Below are positions 1-11,579 of a stretch of DNA of 64,000 bases, in pieces. Positions within the stretch are counted from its first letter, which is position 1, and each line of letters begins with the position of its first letter. Under the pieces are notes generated by a model. That model was given only the letters and a program-made list of their open reading frames with translations, did no database searches and was not told the DNA's origin. This DNA is from Naegleria gruberi (Eukaryota): NCBI GenBank assembly GCA_000004985.1, contig GG738892.1; one strand, written 5' to 3'. Position numbers and translations under genes: made by a program.

Positions 1-18
1 CTAACTAGATCTATAACT

Positions 19-918
19 TTGAATCCAACGCTTTGTGAAGGATTCTATTATCGCTCCTTACTTAAATGTTTTTTACAGATTGATAATTATTTAGTGTCAA
101 TTTGTTCCTCTCCATTATTTGGCTCTAGCTTGACGCAAACTGGAATTGTTTCCTTTCTGGTTGAAAAGTTCAAGAAGGCAAATACAAATACTGAAGCAAT
201 CACTAGTGGATTCAAAAAGAATCACAAAAAGATGCATAAGGATATTTCGGATAAGATTAATATTGTCACCTCCATGAGAGAATCTCTCAACGATTGTGAT
301 AATGCCTTCACTCTAATAACATTGGAATTTAAAATTAATGGGCTAGATGATATGGAAGAGATTGAATTCAAGTTGAATAACGATCCTTCACTGTTAGACA
401 TTTCCAACAAATCGAAGAGGCACACAGAATTATTAATTGATATTTTGCTTTTGAGAACCTTTTTATTCTACTGTTTTGGTAAGAACGCTGAGGCCTTACA
501 GTGTGCTAGGGTTGCATTATCTCTATGTGAAACCGCAGCCAAACTTTTTGGTTATTCTTCTGATCAGTTGAATGGAGTCCATAACCGTCATTCCTCTCCA
601 ATCCTGTTACATCCCTCACCTAAACATTCAGATGCTGAGGCTTTTCTTCTCAATTCTAGTATTGAGAGGCAATCTCTGGCTTGTCAAGGATTGTTAGCAC
701 TTCTGGAAGATTTTACTATTTTAAAGGAAAAACAACCACGTTTTCTCAATATGAAAAATGATAGTATTCAAAGAGGAGTGAATCAACTCATTATGAATTA
801 TTTAACAGACACAGAGTATAGTCTCATCTCTCAAGAGTTAGATTTTCTATTAGTTATGATTCACTCACAATTATTACAGACAGAGGAGAATCAGTATAAC
901 TTTACTCAAACTCAATAG
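19..918 (+). CDS. hypothetical protein; probably the 3' portion of a gene that starts upstream of the window
   Basis: 299-codon ORF open from the window edge. The first codon is TTG, not ATG. Codon usage looks coding. I recognise no domain. Confidence 0.4.
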   Translation: MNPTLCEGFYYRSLLKCFLQIDNYLVSICSSPLFGSSLTQTGIVSFLVEKFKKANTNTEAITSGFKKNHKKMHKDISDKINIVTSMRESLNDCDNAFTLITLEFKINGLDDMEEIEFKLNNDPSLLDISNKSKRHTELLIDILLLRTFLFYCFGKNAEALQCARVALSLCETAAKLFGYSSDQLNGVHNRHSSPILLHPSPKHSDAEAFLLNSSIERQSLACQGLLALLEDFTILKEKQPRFLNMKNDSIQRGVNQLIMNYLTDTEYSLISQELDFLLVMIHSQLLQTEENQYNFTQTQ

Positions 919-1502
919 CTTGAACTCTACCTTAATTCGAAATACAGCAGCACCGTGTTGGTATATTAGGTAGATAATAATATGGATCAATCTCTTCCTG
1001 TTCCTTGTTTATATTGTAGGAATCTAGTAACTTCGAAATTACCACATGCTATATCGAAGAGATGTTACTTTTGGCAATTTTTGCAAATAATACACAGACT
1101 CATAACATAAATGATTATTTCTCACGTTCAGCTCTGTTAAATGTAGTTCACTAATATGTTTCGCTCCAATACTAGTTAGGGAGTTCCAACTACAGTCCAG
1201 ATATTCTAGCAGAGGAAATGCCTTACAAATTTGCTCACATTATCTTTGGTATAACCAAAGGTAATTGAGAGATGTTTCAATTTTATCAAACCTGTGGAAG
1301 AATGCTTCAGTTTTGTCAAAGCTGTAAGATATATTCTAAATGTTGGACAACAATGATCACTAATCCTTGCTACTATTTTATAATGAGTGTGCCCAGTCTT
1401 CAACTTCAGTCGATTTTTTAATTGGAGATGACGCAGATTATCAGCCCAAATCATCTCCCTCCAAAAGTAAGTAAGGAATCAATGAAAATCTTATGAAAAA
1501 AA

Positions 1503-2844
1503 ATGACGCAGAGGTTCTATGCGAATACAACTCGTTTTGTTCCTCGACCCGAGAAGAAGGGACGTAATCTTCGTCAAATTGAAGAACAATTTCGTATTTT
1601 GGATGAGAAGGAGAAAAAATTGAGGGAAAAGTTTGTTGAGGAAGAAGAGAAGGACACAAATTCAAGTTTGAATACGAGTGCTTTTAATTCTAGTATTTTA
1701 TCAGCAGCTAATGAATCTCTTAATCAGAGTTCAAACACTGTTGAGGGAATTGATAATACATTTATCATGACCTTTGAAAAGAGAGCAAAAAGCACTAACA
1801 GCCATCATAACCCTTTCCGATCAGTTCCTCCCAAACCAAAACCACCAAAGCTGATTGTTGTGCCAAACACTACAACACAATTTAGATCATCTCTTCATCT
1901 TAAACAAACAGCAAGAAAACGATCACAACCAAATATTCTCACCCAAAGCACTCCAAACAATACAAGCTATTACTCTGAAGCGGAAACAGAAGAGGAAATC
2001 AACATTCAAGATCGTACTACATTGGACAATGAAGAAGAAACTGAAGAGAAGGAAATTGCTGAGGAGCTTCCAACAATATTTACATTATCCTCTGGAATGG
2101 ATCCAAAAGTAACTGAGATTTTCTCCTTTGAGGTGAGAGTCCACCAACTAGCAGAACATCCAAATGGTTTGTTTGATGTAAAGGTTTATGACGAATCCAA
2201 GCCATTCGAAAGAGTATTTATCTTGAAAGATTTGAGAATTAATAGAGATTGCTATATTATTTTCCATGAACCAAGTTTTATCAAATTCAATGCTCTTACC
2301 CTTCCTTGGGTTGAAAGGCCAGAGAATCTGGTGAATCACACGTAAGTAGTTATTCTTATATGTTTTATTAATTAAGTGGAACAGAATTGTAGTTGAGGTG
2401 CAAGGAACCTATCCAACGAAAACAAAGATTGCAAAGAGCACCATCAAATTCTCTCACAAACAATCACCAGTTTCCGATTTCCTTAACAGAAGCAAAAGAT
2501 CCATTACTCCTCCCGAATCTAAAACAATGTCACCATCCAGGTCAACACCAAAAGTTCTCAATCTTTCATTCAATAATACTCTTCCATTCACCACAACCCC
2601 ATCCGTACCAAAAGAGAATGATCTTCAAAGAAGTTTGAGTTGCATTCCAGTTACAAGTCTATCCCTTAAAATACAGACACCAGCTGTTCCTATCGAAGAA
2701 GATATGATACAAAGACACAAACTTGAGAGATCCAACTCTATCGATTCTCAGCTTTCCCCAAGTTCTCAAAAATACAGGCAATTACAGGCACTCAGAGAGA
2801 ACATGAAACTCAATTTAATGCTTCAACAAAAATTGCTTAGTTAA
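1503..2844 (+). CDS. hypothetical Ser/Thr/Asn-rich protein, two exons (1503..2341, 2385..2844)
   Basis: ORF 1503..2345 ends ACG|TAAGT, a GTAAGT donor placed right over the stop codon. A 43-nt intron with an ACAG acceptor joins it in frame to ORF 2398..2844. No recognisable domain. Confidence 0.45.
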
Positions 2845-3416
2845 TTCTTTTACTCAAGAGATAAGACGAGAAGGGAAATGGAATATCATTGATTTGGAAT
2901 ACTATTAAAGCATGAATATGGGCATGATACTAGTTACATCATTACGAGTTGTGTGAAACGAACTCTATCCTCCATGTATCAAAGATGTACCAGTAATATC
3001 TATTGAACAGAATGCAAAGTGTCTATTTGTTTGGATAATACACCAGCCGCAACCAACGAATGATGCAAGATAATCATAAAAAATATTCACAACTGTCTTT
3101 GACCATTGCTGTTTAAGGATCCTGATGTTAGATCTTGACAAAATCTGAATACTGCTTTTCTTTAACATTGTTACTCCCGTTATTCAACTTATTACATATC
3201 TCTCAATAGCGACATAAACTGAAATCTTGTGCTAGGGCTGAAACTTTTTCCTTCTAACAATTCAAAAGCCATCAAAAGGAGAGAGAACATAAAATTCATA
3301 CTGTCAAAAAAACAGAAAAAAACGAGTAAGAAAAACCGCTGTTCATCTACAGCAACAACAGCCTCAACAAGAATAACAAGAAGCCTCAACAACTTTGGAA
3401 AATAATTTTAATACTG

Positions 3417-6200
3417 ATGGGAGCAGCATTATCTTCTCCCTGCGCTATAAAACTTGATCGAGTGGATGAACCATCTCCTGTTTCATCATATCCGGGAGGA
3501 GGAAGTACTTCATCATTAAATCAAAAGACAAAAGAAAGAGAAAGATCTTCATCAAAAACTGAACAACGAGTTGTAAAAGACAATTCAGCTAATGAAGCCG
3601 CCTTATCTAAAAAACAAAATGATTTTGAAAAAAGTCCCTCTTCAGGTAAGAATGGCAACAGTTCTACTACTCCTCAAAAAAGACCTCCTAAAATTGTTGT
3701 CGCTCATTCTGAAACCCTAAGCACTGCAGAAGTTGATGGTGCTAGTAAGGTTTCAATGGAAACAACAAGTAACTCCCCTAATGAAGCCAAATCTTCAACC
3801 TCTCTTCCAAGCAGTGTATACAATGTTCAATTCCACCAATCACCAAGTAATAGGAGTTCAAAATCAGAACAAGTTGCTTTTAGTGAGGCAAACAATAGTA
3901 TTCAGCCACAACAACAACTGAATCCGATAGTAGTTCAACAAGGTAGTAATCCACTTCCAATACCAAGTCAAACACTTCCAGTGAGGTCCCCAAAGAATTA
4001 TGAGTTGAGGTCTGGCTCAACAGAAGACCCTCCAACCTTACAACCTCTAAGGAGATTTCAATCGCCTACTAATAGTTCCTATGAAAACAAACCAACCTTT
4101 AACTCCCCTTCTACCCCTGTAAACCTTCAATCACCAACAAGAACTCCAGCATCCACTTCAAGAAATAGGCCTCATTATCTCAGTAAAATATCCTCACCAC
4201 CAACAAGAGGAAACTCTCCCACCTCAATGCTTAGCTCTTTAAGACAATCTAGAGACCAAAAGAGTAACAGTGATAGTAGTGTATATGATGTTTCCTCTTC
4301 TTTCACTTTAAGTGAGAGCACTGAATTGGCAGTAACCCCAACCCCAAGTTCAAAGAAATCATTGTCCTCATCATCTGTTTCAGAAAGTCATCCCTATTCT
4401 TTGAAACAAAAATCATCCTCCTCCGCTTCTATATCTACAAATGTCAATAATAATGTCAAAAATATGAAATCACAAATTGAAGAATCTGTAATGAAATTTA
4501 ATGCCTCCATAGGCACAGACAGTAAGAGAATTTTACCAAAAAGAAGACACTCACTTCTTGCTTCTGGGAGAAACTCACCCAGTTTGCTTAATGAGCTGAA
4601 ACAAAATGAAAAATCAGATTCAACTTGCTCACCTTCAACAGTTTATAACCCAAGCATTCCGATAGGTCAGAGCAATATTGAAAAAATCCAACAGGAACGA
4701 AGATTTTCAGACTTTGTAACTCCACTCACCAAAAAACGAAGCGCATTTAATCAGGCAACTAAACCTGTAAACAATTCTAAGAATTCAAGAAATAGATTGA
4801 GAGCCTCAGTAGAAAATCCAGCAACTTTGACTCCTGTTAGGGCTCCAGCTAGAAGAAGAATGAGTATTTCAGTTTCTCCTCAGCATAAGGTTGAAATGAC
4901 TACAACTGCCCAAGTTGGTAGAGATCAACACGGAAGAAAGATAATCAACCAATACACAATCATCAAAAAGTTAGGTAAGGGATCTTATGGATCAGTAAAG
5001 CTCGGTAAAAATGAACAGACAGGACAATTGGCTGCCATTAAGGTTATTAACCGATCTCTTCTCAATAATATTAAGAAGAAATGGAGTGCTCCTGGACAAC
5101 AACAAAATAATCAAATCAGTAAGATTAAGTTGGAAATTGCCATTCTTAAGAATCTGGATCACCCTAATATTGTTCGTTTGCTCGAGGTGATTGATGATCC
5201 AATGAATGACAAGATTTGCCTTGTTTTCGAATTTATTGATGGTGGCGAATTGATGAAACTTAATGATGATGGTGTTCTTGTTGATGGAAAACCATTCACA
5301 GAAGATGAAGCAAGATACTATTTCAGACAAATGCTAAACAGTTTAGAATATTTACACTTCAACAGAGTTGTACATAGAGATATCAAACCTTCTAATATTC
5401 TTTTAACTAAGACTAGGGATGTAAAATTATCTGACTTTGGTGTCAGTAAATTATTGGCAGAGGACGAAGAGGATACACTTGATGACTCTCAAGGAACTCC
5501 TGCTTTTTTGCCTCCTGAAGCATGCTACAAAGGTAAAATACAAGGTAAACCAGCCGATATTTGGGCACTAGGGATTACATTATATTGTATGGTGGTGGGA
5601 CAAGTTCCTTTCCGTTCTGACGAACCTGGAGCATCCAAGCTTCTCTATCTGTACTATGTTATTCAACATGAAGATCCACAAATACCTGAAAATCTGAGTC
5701 CAGAATTGAAGGATATCATAACTAGGATGTTGGATAAAAACGCAAAATCAAGAATTACAATGGATGATCTTCAAGAGCACCCTTGGGTTACTAAGGATGA
5801 AGAGTCCTTCATAGAAGAGCCACAAAAGACATTGTCAGAATTATATCCAGATTTCTCTTCACCAAATATTCAATACTTGGAATCCAGAAGAAAATCTGCA
5901 ATTCCAACAAACAGAACCTATGTACACCACGCTCAACTCAGAAAGATGCACAGTACAAGAAAGGTTGTTGTTGATTCTGAAGATATCGACAATGCCATTA
6001 AAGAAAAAGAATACGACCCAAATACTCCTAAGAAAACCAGTTTCAAGAAGGAACATCACCATAACCACAATGCATCAATTGAAAAGATTTCCCTTGTAAG
6101 AAACAGAAGCTCGTGTAAAATTTTGGTTTCACAAGAACCATCTAAACAGGAAGTTAGGACTTCCATTCCAACAATTGAGATAAATTCCAAAACAGAATAA
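3417..6200 (+). CDS. Ser/Thr protein kinase, CaMKK-like (calcium/calmodulin-dependent protein kinase kinase family), with a long Ser-rich N-terminal region
   Basis: 927-aa ORF. The kinase domain carries GKGSYGSVKL...AIK (subdomains I-II), HRDIKPSNILL (VIb), DFGVS (VII) and GTPAFLPPE (VIII). The GTPAF(M/L)APE and DIKPSN signatures are typical of CaMKK, Elm1 and Sak1-type kinases. Confidence 0.75.
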   Translation: MGAALSSPCAIKLDRVDEPSPVSSYPGGGSTSSLNQKTKERERSSSKTEQRVVKDNSANEAALSKKQNDFEKSPSSGKNGNSSTTPQKRPPKIVVAHSETLSTAEVDGASKVSMETTSNSPNEAKSSTSLPSSVYNVQFHQSPSNRSSKSEQVAFSEANNSIQPQQQLNPIVVQQGSNPLPIPSQTLPVRSPKNYELRSGSTEDPPTLQPLRRFQSPTNSSYENKPTFNSPSTPVNLQSPTRTPASTSRNRPHYLSKISSPPTRGNSPTSMLSSLRQSRDQKSNSDSSVYDVSSSFTLSESTELAVTPTPSSKKSLSSSSVSESHPYSLKQKSSSSASISTNVNNNVKNMKSQIEESVMKFNASIGTDSKRILPKRRHSLLASGRNSPSLLNELKQNEKSDSTCSPSTVYNPSIPIGQSNIEKIQQERRFSDFVTPLTKKRSAFNQATKPVNNSKNSRNRLRASVENPATLTPVRAPARRRMSISVSPQHKVEMTTTAQVGRDQHGRKIINQYTIIKKLGKGSYGSVKLGKNEQTGQLAAIKVINRSLLNNIKKKWSAPGQQQNNQISKIKLEIAILKNLDHPNIVRLLEVIDDPMNDKICLVFEFIDGGELMKLNDDGVLVDGKPFTEDEARYYFRQMLNSLEYLHFNRVVHRDIKPSNILLTKTRDVKLSDFGVSKLLAEDEEDTLDDSQGTPAFLPPEACYKGKIQGKPADIWALGITLYCMVVGQVPFRSDEPGASKLLYLYYVIQHEDPQIPENLSPELKDIITRMLDKNAKSRITMDDLQEHPWVTKDEESFIEEPQKTLSELYPDFSSPNIQYLESRRKSAIPTNRTYVHHAQLRKMHSTRKVVVDSEDIDNAIKEKEYDPNTPKKTSFKKEHHHNHNASIEKISLVRNRSSCKILVSQEPSKQEVRTSIPTIEINSKTE

Positions 6201-6466
6201 ACTCCCTTAGAAATGTCATCAAGGTTTGTATTTGAAAATAACTATCCAGTGACATGATTCTAAAATCACTAAAAATGGGAAAATCCTTAAAAGCTAACTA
6301 AGCTCAAATTGTAAACCTACACATTCTTGATTCTTTTGAAGAGGAATGGTACAATAAACCAACTTATCAGCAAACTCAATATAACAATCAATATCAAATG
6401 AAGAGCTCCATATGGTAATATTCCAAATTGCAATTCTTCCAAGACTGTTTCGAATAAATCACAATT

Positions 6467-7084
6467 TCAATATCTCACAAACTTACCAATATTATAGTAG
6501 ATAAGAGAATTGGTATTATCAATAGTTGAAGGTGCCTCCACCTTGGCACTCACTAAAGCAAATCTATTCAGTAACTTTCCATCCTCACCATCCAATTTAA
6601 ACATTATCTTCTCAATATTCAATAATTTCCTCGAATGTTTGGAAGGTTTACTCATTTTGATTCTATTTTCCAATTCTTCCTCCGAGAGTATATCAATAGA
6701 AAAGACAGCAGGAGTATAAGAAGGATAACTAATTCTCAATTCATATTGAGTATGTGGCTTCATGTTCACCAATTTATAAATCCTAACACTTGATTTCTGT
6801 TCCGATACTTTTTCATCATAGAAAGGGGTTGGTCGAATTGATTCGGAAATGAATTCTCTCCCTGGTTGAAGCAATACTATTCTTCTTCCCTCTTCACCAC
6901 CAATATCTACATTATTAAATTCATCATGACTTTTAGCCTCCACTAAAAAGTTCATCATCATTACTCCAATCATGAATCCAATCAATATTAACACAATATG
7001 CTGCTTCCGAGAACTATTAGTCATTCGATTACGATCATCACAAAATAGACCAATCAAAGTCTTCTTCCTCTGCTGTTCAATCAT
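6467..7084 (-). CDS. hypothetical single-pass (N-terminal TM) membrane protein; 3' end uncertain
   Basis: 205-aa ORF. It has a basic N-terminus followed by a hydrophobic segment (LILIGFMIGVMMMNFLV). The sequence ATT G|GTAAGT just before the stop suggests one more downstream exon may be spliced on. Confidence 0.4.
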   Translation of the reverse strand: MIEQQRKKTLIGLFCDDRNRMTNSSRKQHIVLILIGFMIGVMMMNFLVEAKSHDEFNNVDIGGEEGRRIVLLQPGREFISESIRPTPFYDEKVSEQKSSVRIYKLVNMKPHTQYELRISYPSYTPAVFSIDILSEEELENRIKMSKPSKHSRKLLNIEKIMFKLDGEDGKLLNRFALVSAKVEAPSTIDNTNSLIYYNIGKFVRY

Positions 7085-7128
7085 TTTTCTCTATTATTAA
7101 ATTTGCAAAGAGAGAAAAACAAGAAAAA

Positions 7129-7281
7129 ATGTCCAGGTTTTTGGCTTTTGTGTTTGGTCTCGGCGTTGGAGCCTACATTGGAGATCGTTATGATATTAAG
7201 CAATTATATGCCAAGATTGGAGATCCAGAGAAGGCTATTGAATATTTGAAGGAGGAGGAACAGAAATATAGAAAAAAGTAA
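7129..7281 (+). CDS. small ORF (50 aa) with an N-terminal hydrophobic helix, absent from the 60-aa ORF track
   Basis: ATG..TAA ORF reading MSRFLAFVFGLGVGAYIGDRYDIKQLYAKIGDPEKAIEYLKEEEQKYRKK. It has a GxGxG-containing TM-like segment and sits alone in a 400-bp spacer. Function unknown. Confidence 0.3.
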   Translation: MSRFLAFVFGLGVGAYIGDRYDIKQLYAKIGDPEKAIEYLKEEEQKYRKK

Positions 7282-7511
7282 TTCAGCAACCACTACTGAT
7301 CAATTTATATTATCTTGTATAAATATTATTAATTTATGATGGAAATAGGATTTTTTAAAACAATTAATCCATCAATGTTGAATCTTTTTATTAAATCTCT
7401 AATTTATTATTAATTTGATGATTGTAAAATCTTTTCTTCTCTTAACTGGAAATTTAATTGTAGCGCCTTTTCATCAAGCTAAATTTATTAATCAATTCAA
7501 ATAAGAAAAAA

Positions 7512-8801
7512 ATGCTTCAACAACATCAAATGTTCAACGTGTATGCATCATCGGAAGAGGATGAATATATCATGGATGTGGAAGATTTTGCTCCATCAGT
7601 GATCGAAAAATTGAAGGCTAAAAAACTAAATATTAAAAGTTTAAAAACAATGAAACTCTCCGAACTGGCAAATTATATTGAAGAACCTTTTGAAGTTTGT
7701 GCTAATATATTAAAATATGTAAAGGGAGAAAATTCATTCATGAAAAACAAATTACTGCAAGGAAAGATTTCTTCTCCAATGAAACCACAACAAGGTCTTG
7801 TAAATAATATTTCACTAACTCAGGTTGGATCACATTCTACTTTGGCAAGATTGGAACAAGAATCAACTCCATCGAGATTTATTAAAACATTTTGTAAAGA
7901 TTTGGATGATGCTCTTGGTGGATTCGGAATCAAAACTGGAATAATTACAGATATTTGTGGTGTTCCTGGAGTTGGTAAAACTCAATGTGTAATGCAATTG
8001 GCAGTTGATGTTCAAATGCCTAGCGTATTTGAAGGTATTGATGGAGAGTGTATATATATTGATACTGAAGGAAGTTTTACAATTGAGAGAACTAAAGAGA
8101 TTGGTGAAGCATTTATTACTCACTTGAATGGTATAGCCTCCAAGAGAGGAGATACTGATCTTACTAAAAAAGATGAGATGATGGAAGTATTGAACAATTT
8201 TACAATTGAAAAGATTTTGAGTAGTATTTATTATTATAGAGTAATGTCGATTTGGGAATTAACAGGTTTATTGTTAGTTCTTCCAGAATTCCTCAAATCA
8301 CATACAAAAGTCAAGCTAATTGTTGTAGATAGTATTGCATTCCATTTGAGAAAGAGTAGCTCTGATGATACAAAAGACTCGTTGAAGAAATCAATTGCAC
8401 AATCCCTAAGTGATATGGCCAAAACATTTGATTTGGCTGTCGTGACAACAAATCAAGTTACTACCAAATTTGCCCAGCAACAAGGTGATTTTTCCAATAA
8501 GAAGATTGCCTATGTTGCTCCTGCCTTAAATCACTTATGGGTCAACCAAGTGACAACTAGTATTTTCATGGAATTTGTTGGCTCAGGAAGATTTGCCAGA
8601 CTTGTAAAAGGATATTTTGGAAAGGATGTTTCAATTCCATTCAGAATTACACCAGCAGGTTTTAGAGGCTTACCTCCTCAACCAAAAACCATTGCAGATG
8701 AAGTCAATGCATCAGAAGAACCTTCTGCTTCACGACAAAATCTTAGTAGCACTGATTACTCACTGGAAACTGATGCCAACAATAAGAGAAAGAGAAAATA
8801 A
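7512..8801 (+). CDS. RAD51 paralog, RAD51C-like RecA-family ATPase
   Basis: Walker A [11 protein letters not shown] is followed by [12 protein letters not shown]...IYIDTEGSF, which closely resembles the RAD51C core ([24 protein letters not shown]...FIDTEGSF). Walker B is [12 protein letters not shown]. Confidence 0.7.
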   Translation: [429 protein letters not shown]

Positions 8802-8849
8802 TTGTATTTAAATGTAAATAGCTTAATTGTACAGTGCAGTTTTTTATTT

Positions 8850-10118
8850 TTACAAATCGATGACCTTTGACAATTTTTGAATTCTGTTCAAGAGATGATC
8901 ACCTTGTTTAAGAGTATGATTATACAAAGTATTCTTTTCGTCTGTTCGGCTTGATTCAATGACACCAGAAACCTTATCAATCTTGGCGTTCAATTTATCA
9001 GCTGAAATAAATCTGGAAAGTTCCATATCCAAGAAATCAGGACTCAATCCAAATTGTTCAGCCATAGCATCTAAAGTTACACTCTTGTAAGCTTGCAAGA
9101 ATTGTGAATAAGCACGAACTCTCATTTCTCTTGAATAGAATCGAACATGCTTTGACAAATAACGATCCTTGATTAATTGGTTATCCATCAATTCAACCAA
9201 TGAAACCAAGAACAAGTTATATTGACAGTTATAGAATGATCTAACAAATTGTTCAGCATTTGGCAACTTGTGAATAACTGATAATACATCAGAAGATTCA
9301 AGAATATTCTTCTTCATCTCTGGTCTACCAAGTGAGAAGGTAGTCACAACAATTGTATAGAAAATGAATTGTTCAAAAGTCATAATTTCACTGGAAGAGA
9401 AAGTAGAAATTGAATCCAAGAAAAGCTTAGCAGCCTTTGAGAAGTTTCTAATTGTCATCAAGTGAATTCCTTCATAGACCTTTAATCTATTTCTTCTTTC
9501 CCAGTCACCACCTTCAACAATCAAACTATTTGCTCTTTCGAGATTTCTTTTCACAATATCCTTATCATCAAAAGCAAATCCAATACGAAGCAAAGCGAAT
9601 AAAATGTCTAATTTTTGTCCTAAAGCAACAGTTTTTGTTTCTGTTTCTCTGAAAGCAGAGAGAGCATTTTCCTTGTCTCCGATAGAGTAATAATATTGAG
9701 CTTTAGCAAGGAGAGCTTCTCTAACTTCATTTTCACCAAGATTTTGATTAGCATCAGAGATTTTATCTTCCAATTCCTTGAGTTTGTTTTGGTTAGCCTC
9801 CTTCAAAGATTGGAGCAATGTTTGATCCAACTTGAAATATGTTGGTAATTGTTGAGTGAGAACATTTTCATAATATGGTCCCATTTCTATTAATGTATTG
9901 ATGGTAAATTGTACAATGATGAAGAAGGTAAATTATACAATAATCACAAATTATGATCAATAATACATGATCGGAGCATATTACATACCCTTTTGTTTAA
10001 CAAGATCCAAAATTTCTTGAGCAAGGGCAGTCTTATTAGTTTTAGGGAAATCATTGCTTACCAAGAACTTCTTCTCGGCAAGGACAAGCAAGTGGCATAC
10101 TGGTTCGACTTCTTCCAT
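8850..10118 (-). CDS. RPN7: 26S proteasome regulatory (lid) subunit RPN7 / PSMD6, two exons (9989..10118, 8850..9886)
   Basis: Strong identity to PSMD6/Rpn7 along the whole protein, including EGGDWERRNRLKVYEGIH, the PCI domain and a C-terminal KQGDHLLNRIQKLSKVI. Exon 1 (MEEVEPV...LDLVKQK) joins through a 102-nt GTATGT..AG intron to give ...KQKEMGPYYENV, matching the human ...MAPYYEAL junction. Confidence 0.9.
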
Positions 10119-10523
10119 TTTTTATGAATTATTGTTGTATGGCTTTAAAGAGTTATTTTTAGTTTTATTTTCCAGCAGCAAAAATAAAAATAAATCACAA
10201 CAATGTTTTGCTGAAGTGATGCTCATCATAGAATCATATTTCGGAATACAGTATTGTGATGGGAAGCCTCAACCTTGAAAATATCAATAAATTGATTATG
10301 GCATTGAGTTTTATTATTTATAACATGGGCAGGAATGAAATTTGGAATTAATTTGATATTTAATTTTATGATAATTATTTCAATAGTTTGATGAAATTAA
10401 TTTGATTACATTTTTATCAACATTTTCACAAAATAATCAGCAAATGGTATCCTATTGCCATTATTTAGAAATATTATTGGAAAGGTTAATTAATTTTATT
10501 AAATTATTTATGAATAGTTTAGA

Positions 10524-11372
10524 TTATTCTTGGAAACTTGTACCTGAGGTCAAATCTTTAATATTGGCAAGTTCCTCTAAATTCTTCTCATATTTGGATG
10601 AAACAAATGGATAAGCATCATCACCAATTGGTAATCTAAATGGAATTTCTCTTCCTTGAGCAGATCCACTTTGAGTAACAACATCGAATAATCTTTCGGC
10701 AAGTTTCTTTGGATCACCTGATTGTTTGTGATGAATACTAGTCAAATCAAACTCATTGTAATGTTGATCATAGTCAGAAACAGTTCTTTTCACAATAACC
10801 ATATTATTTGGAGAAGCAAGCTCAGTTCTAAAGAATCCAGGCTCCACTACCAAAACCTTAATACCAAGATGTTGAACTTCATCTTTCAAAGATTCAGATA
10901 AACCTTCCAATGCAAACTTTGTGGCTGGATACAAACTTGATGCCTTGAAACCACTGACACCTGCAAGTGAGCTAATATTAACAATTACTCCAGTCCTTCT
11001 TGAACGCATATGAGGAAGAACAGCCTTAATTAACTTGAGTGGACCGAAGAAGTTTGTGGAAAATAGTTTTTCAGTTTCTTCTTCAGAGGTTTCTTCTATT
11101 GAACCCCAAATTGCAAATGCTGCATTATTGACAAGAATGTCAATTTGACCATATACATTGATGGCATCATTCATTAATGAGGAGAGTTGCTTTTCGGAAA
11201 GTGTAACATCGAGTTGCAATGTATGTGCTCCTAATTCTTTCAAATCCTTAATGCTGTCTAAATTACGAGCTGCAGCAATGACCTTGTCACCTCCCTTTAA
11301 GACTGCCTTCGCAATTTCTTTTCCAATTCCTGAGCTAGTACCAGTAACAAACCATACACGATTTTGAGACAT
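10524..11372 (-). CDS. short-chain dehydrogenase/reductase (classical SDR)
   Basis: N-terminal VTGTSSGIG Rossmann motif, NNAA, and a catalytic S...YxxxK triad (SSLAG...YPATK). Confidence 0.8.
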   Translation of the reverse strand: MSQNRVWFVTGTSSGIGKEIAKAVLKGGDKVIAAARNLDSIKDLKELGAHTLQLDVTLSEKQLSSLMNDAINVYGQIDILVNNAAFAIWGSIEETSEEETEKLFSTNFFGPLKLIKAVLPHMRSRRTGVIVNISSLAGVSGFKASSLYPATKFALEGLSESLKDEVQHLGIKVLVVEPGFFRTELASPNNMVIVKRTVSDYDQHYNEFDLTSIHHKQSGDPKKLAERLFDVVTQSGSAQGREIPFRLPIGDDAYPFVSSKYEKNLEELANIKDLTSGTSFQE

Positions 11373-11579
11373 TTTGAGAGTTATATATTGATTATTGTAT
11401 TTGTTTTTTTTTGTGAACTATGTTGTGTTGCCCTCATTGAGTTTTATTCGTTTCTGAATAAAAATTATACGCACGAGCTTGGTTGAATTCGAGCGAGGTT
11501 TCAAAATTTGTGCTCCATCAAAGGTTGTCCAGAGAAAGTCATGCCACACTTGTATAATAGATTCACCGAGCTGGTTTTA

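Noticed and set aside
3192-3392. ORF 3192..3392 (-), hydrophobic
   Set aside because: It lies in the A-rich 5' leader of the kinase gene. Its complement is poly-T-rich, which gives a Phe/Leu-rich pseudo-protein. No supporting signals.
10054-10278. ORF 10054..10278 (+)
   Set aside because: It overlaps RPN7 exon 1 and its intron on the opposite strand. The RPN7 model is strongly supported by homology across the splice junction.
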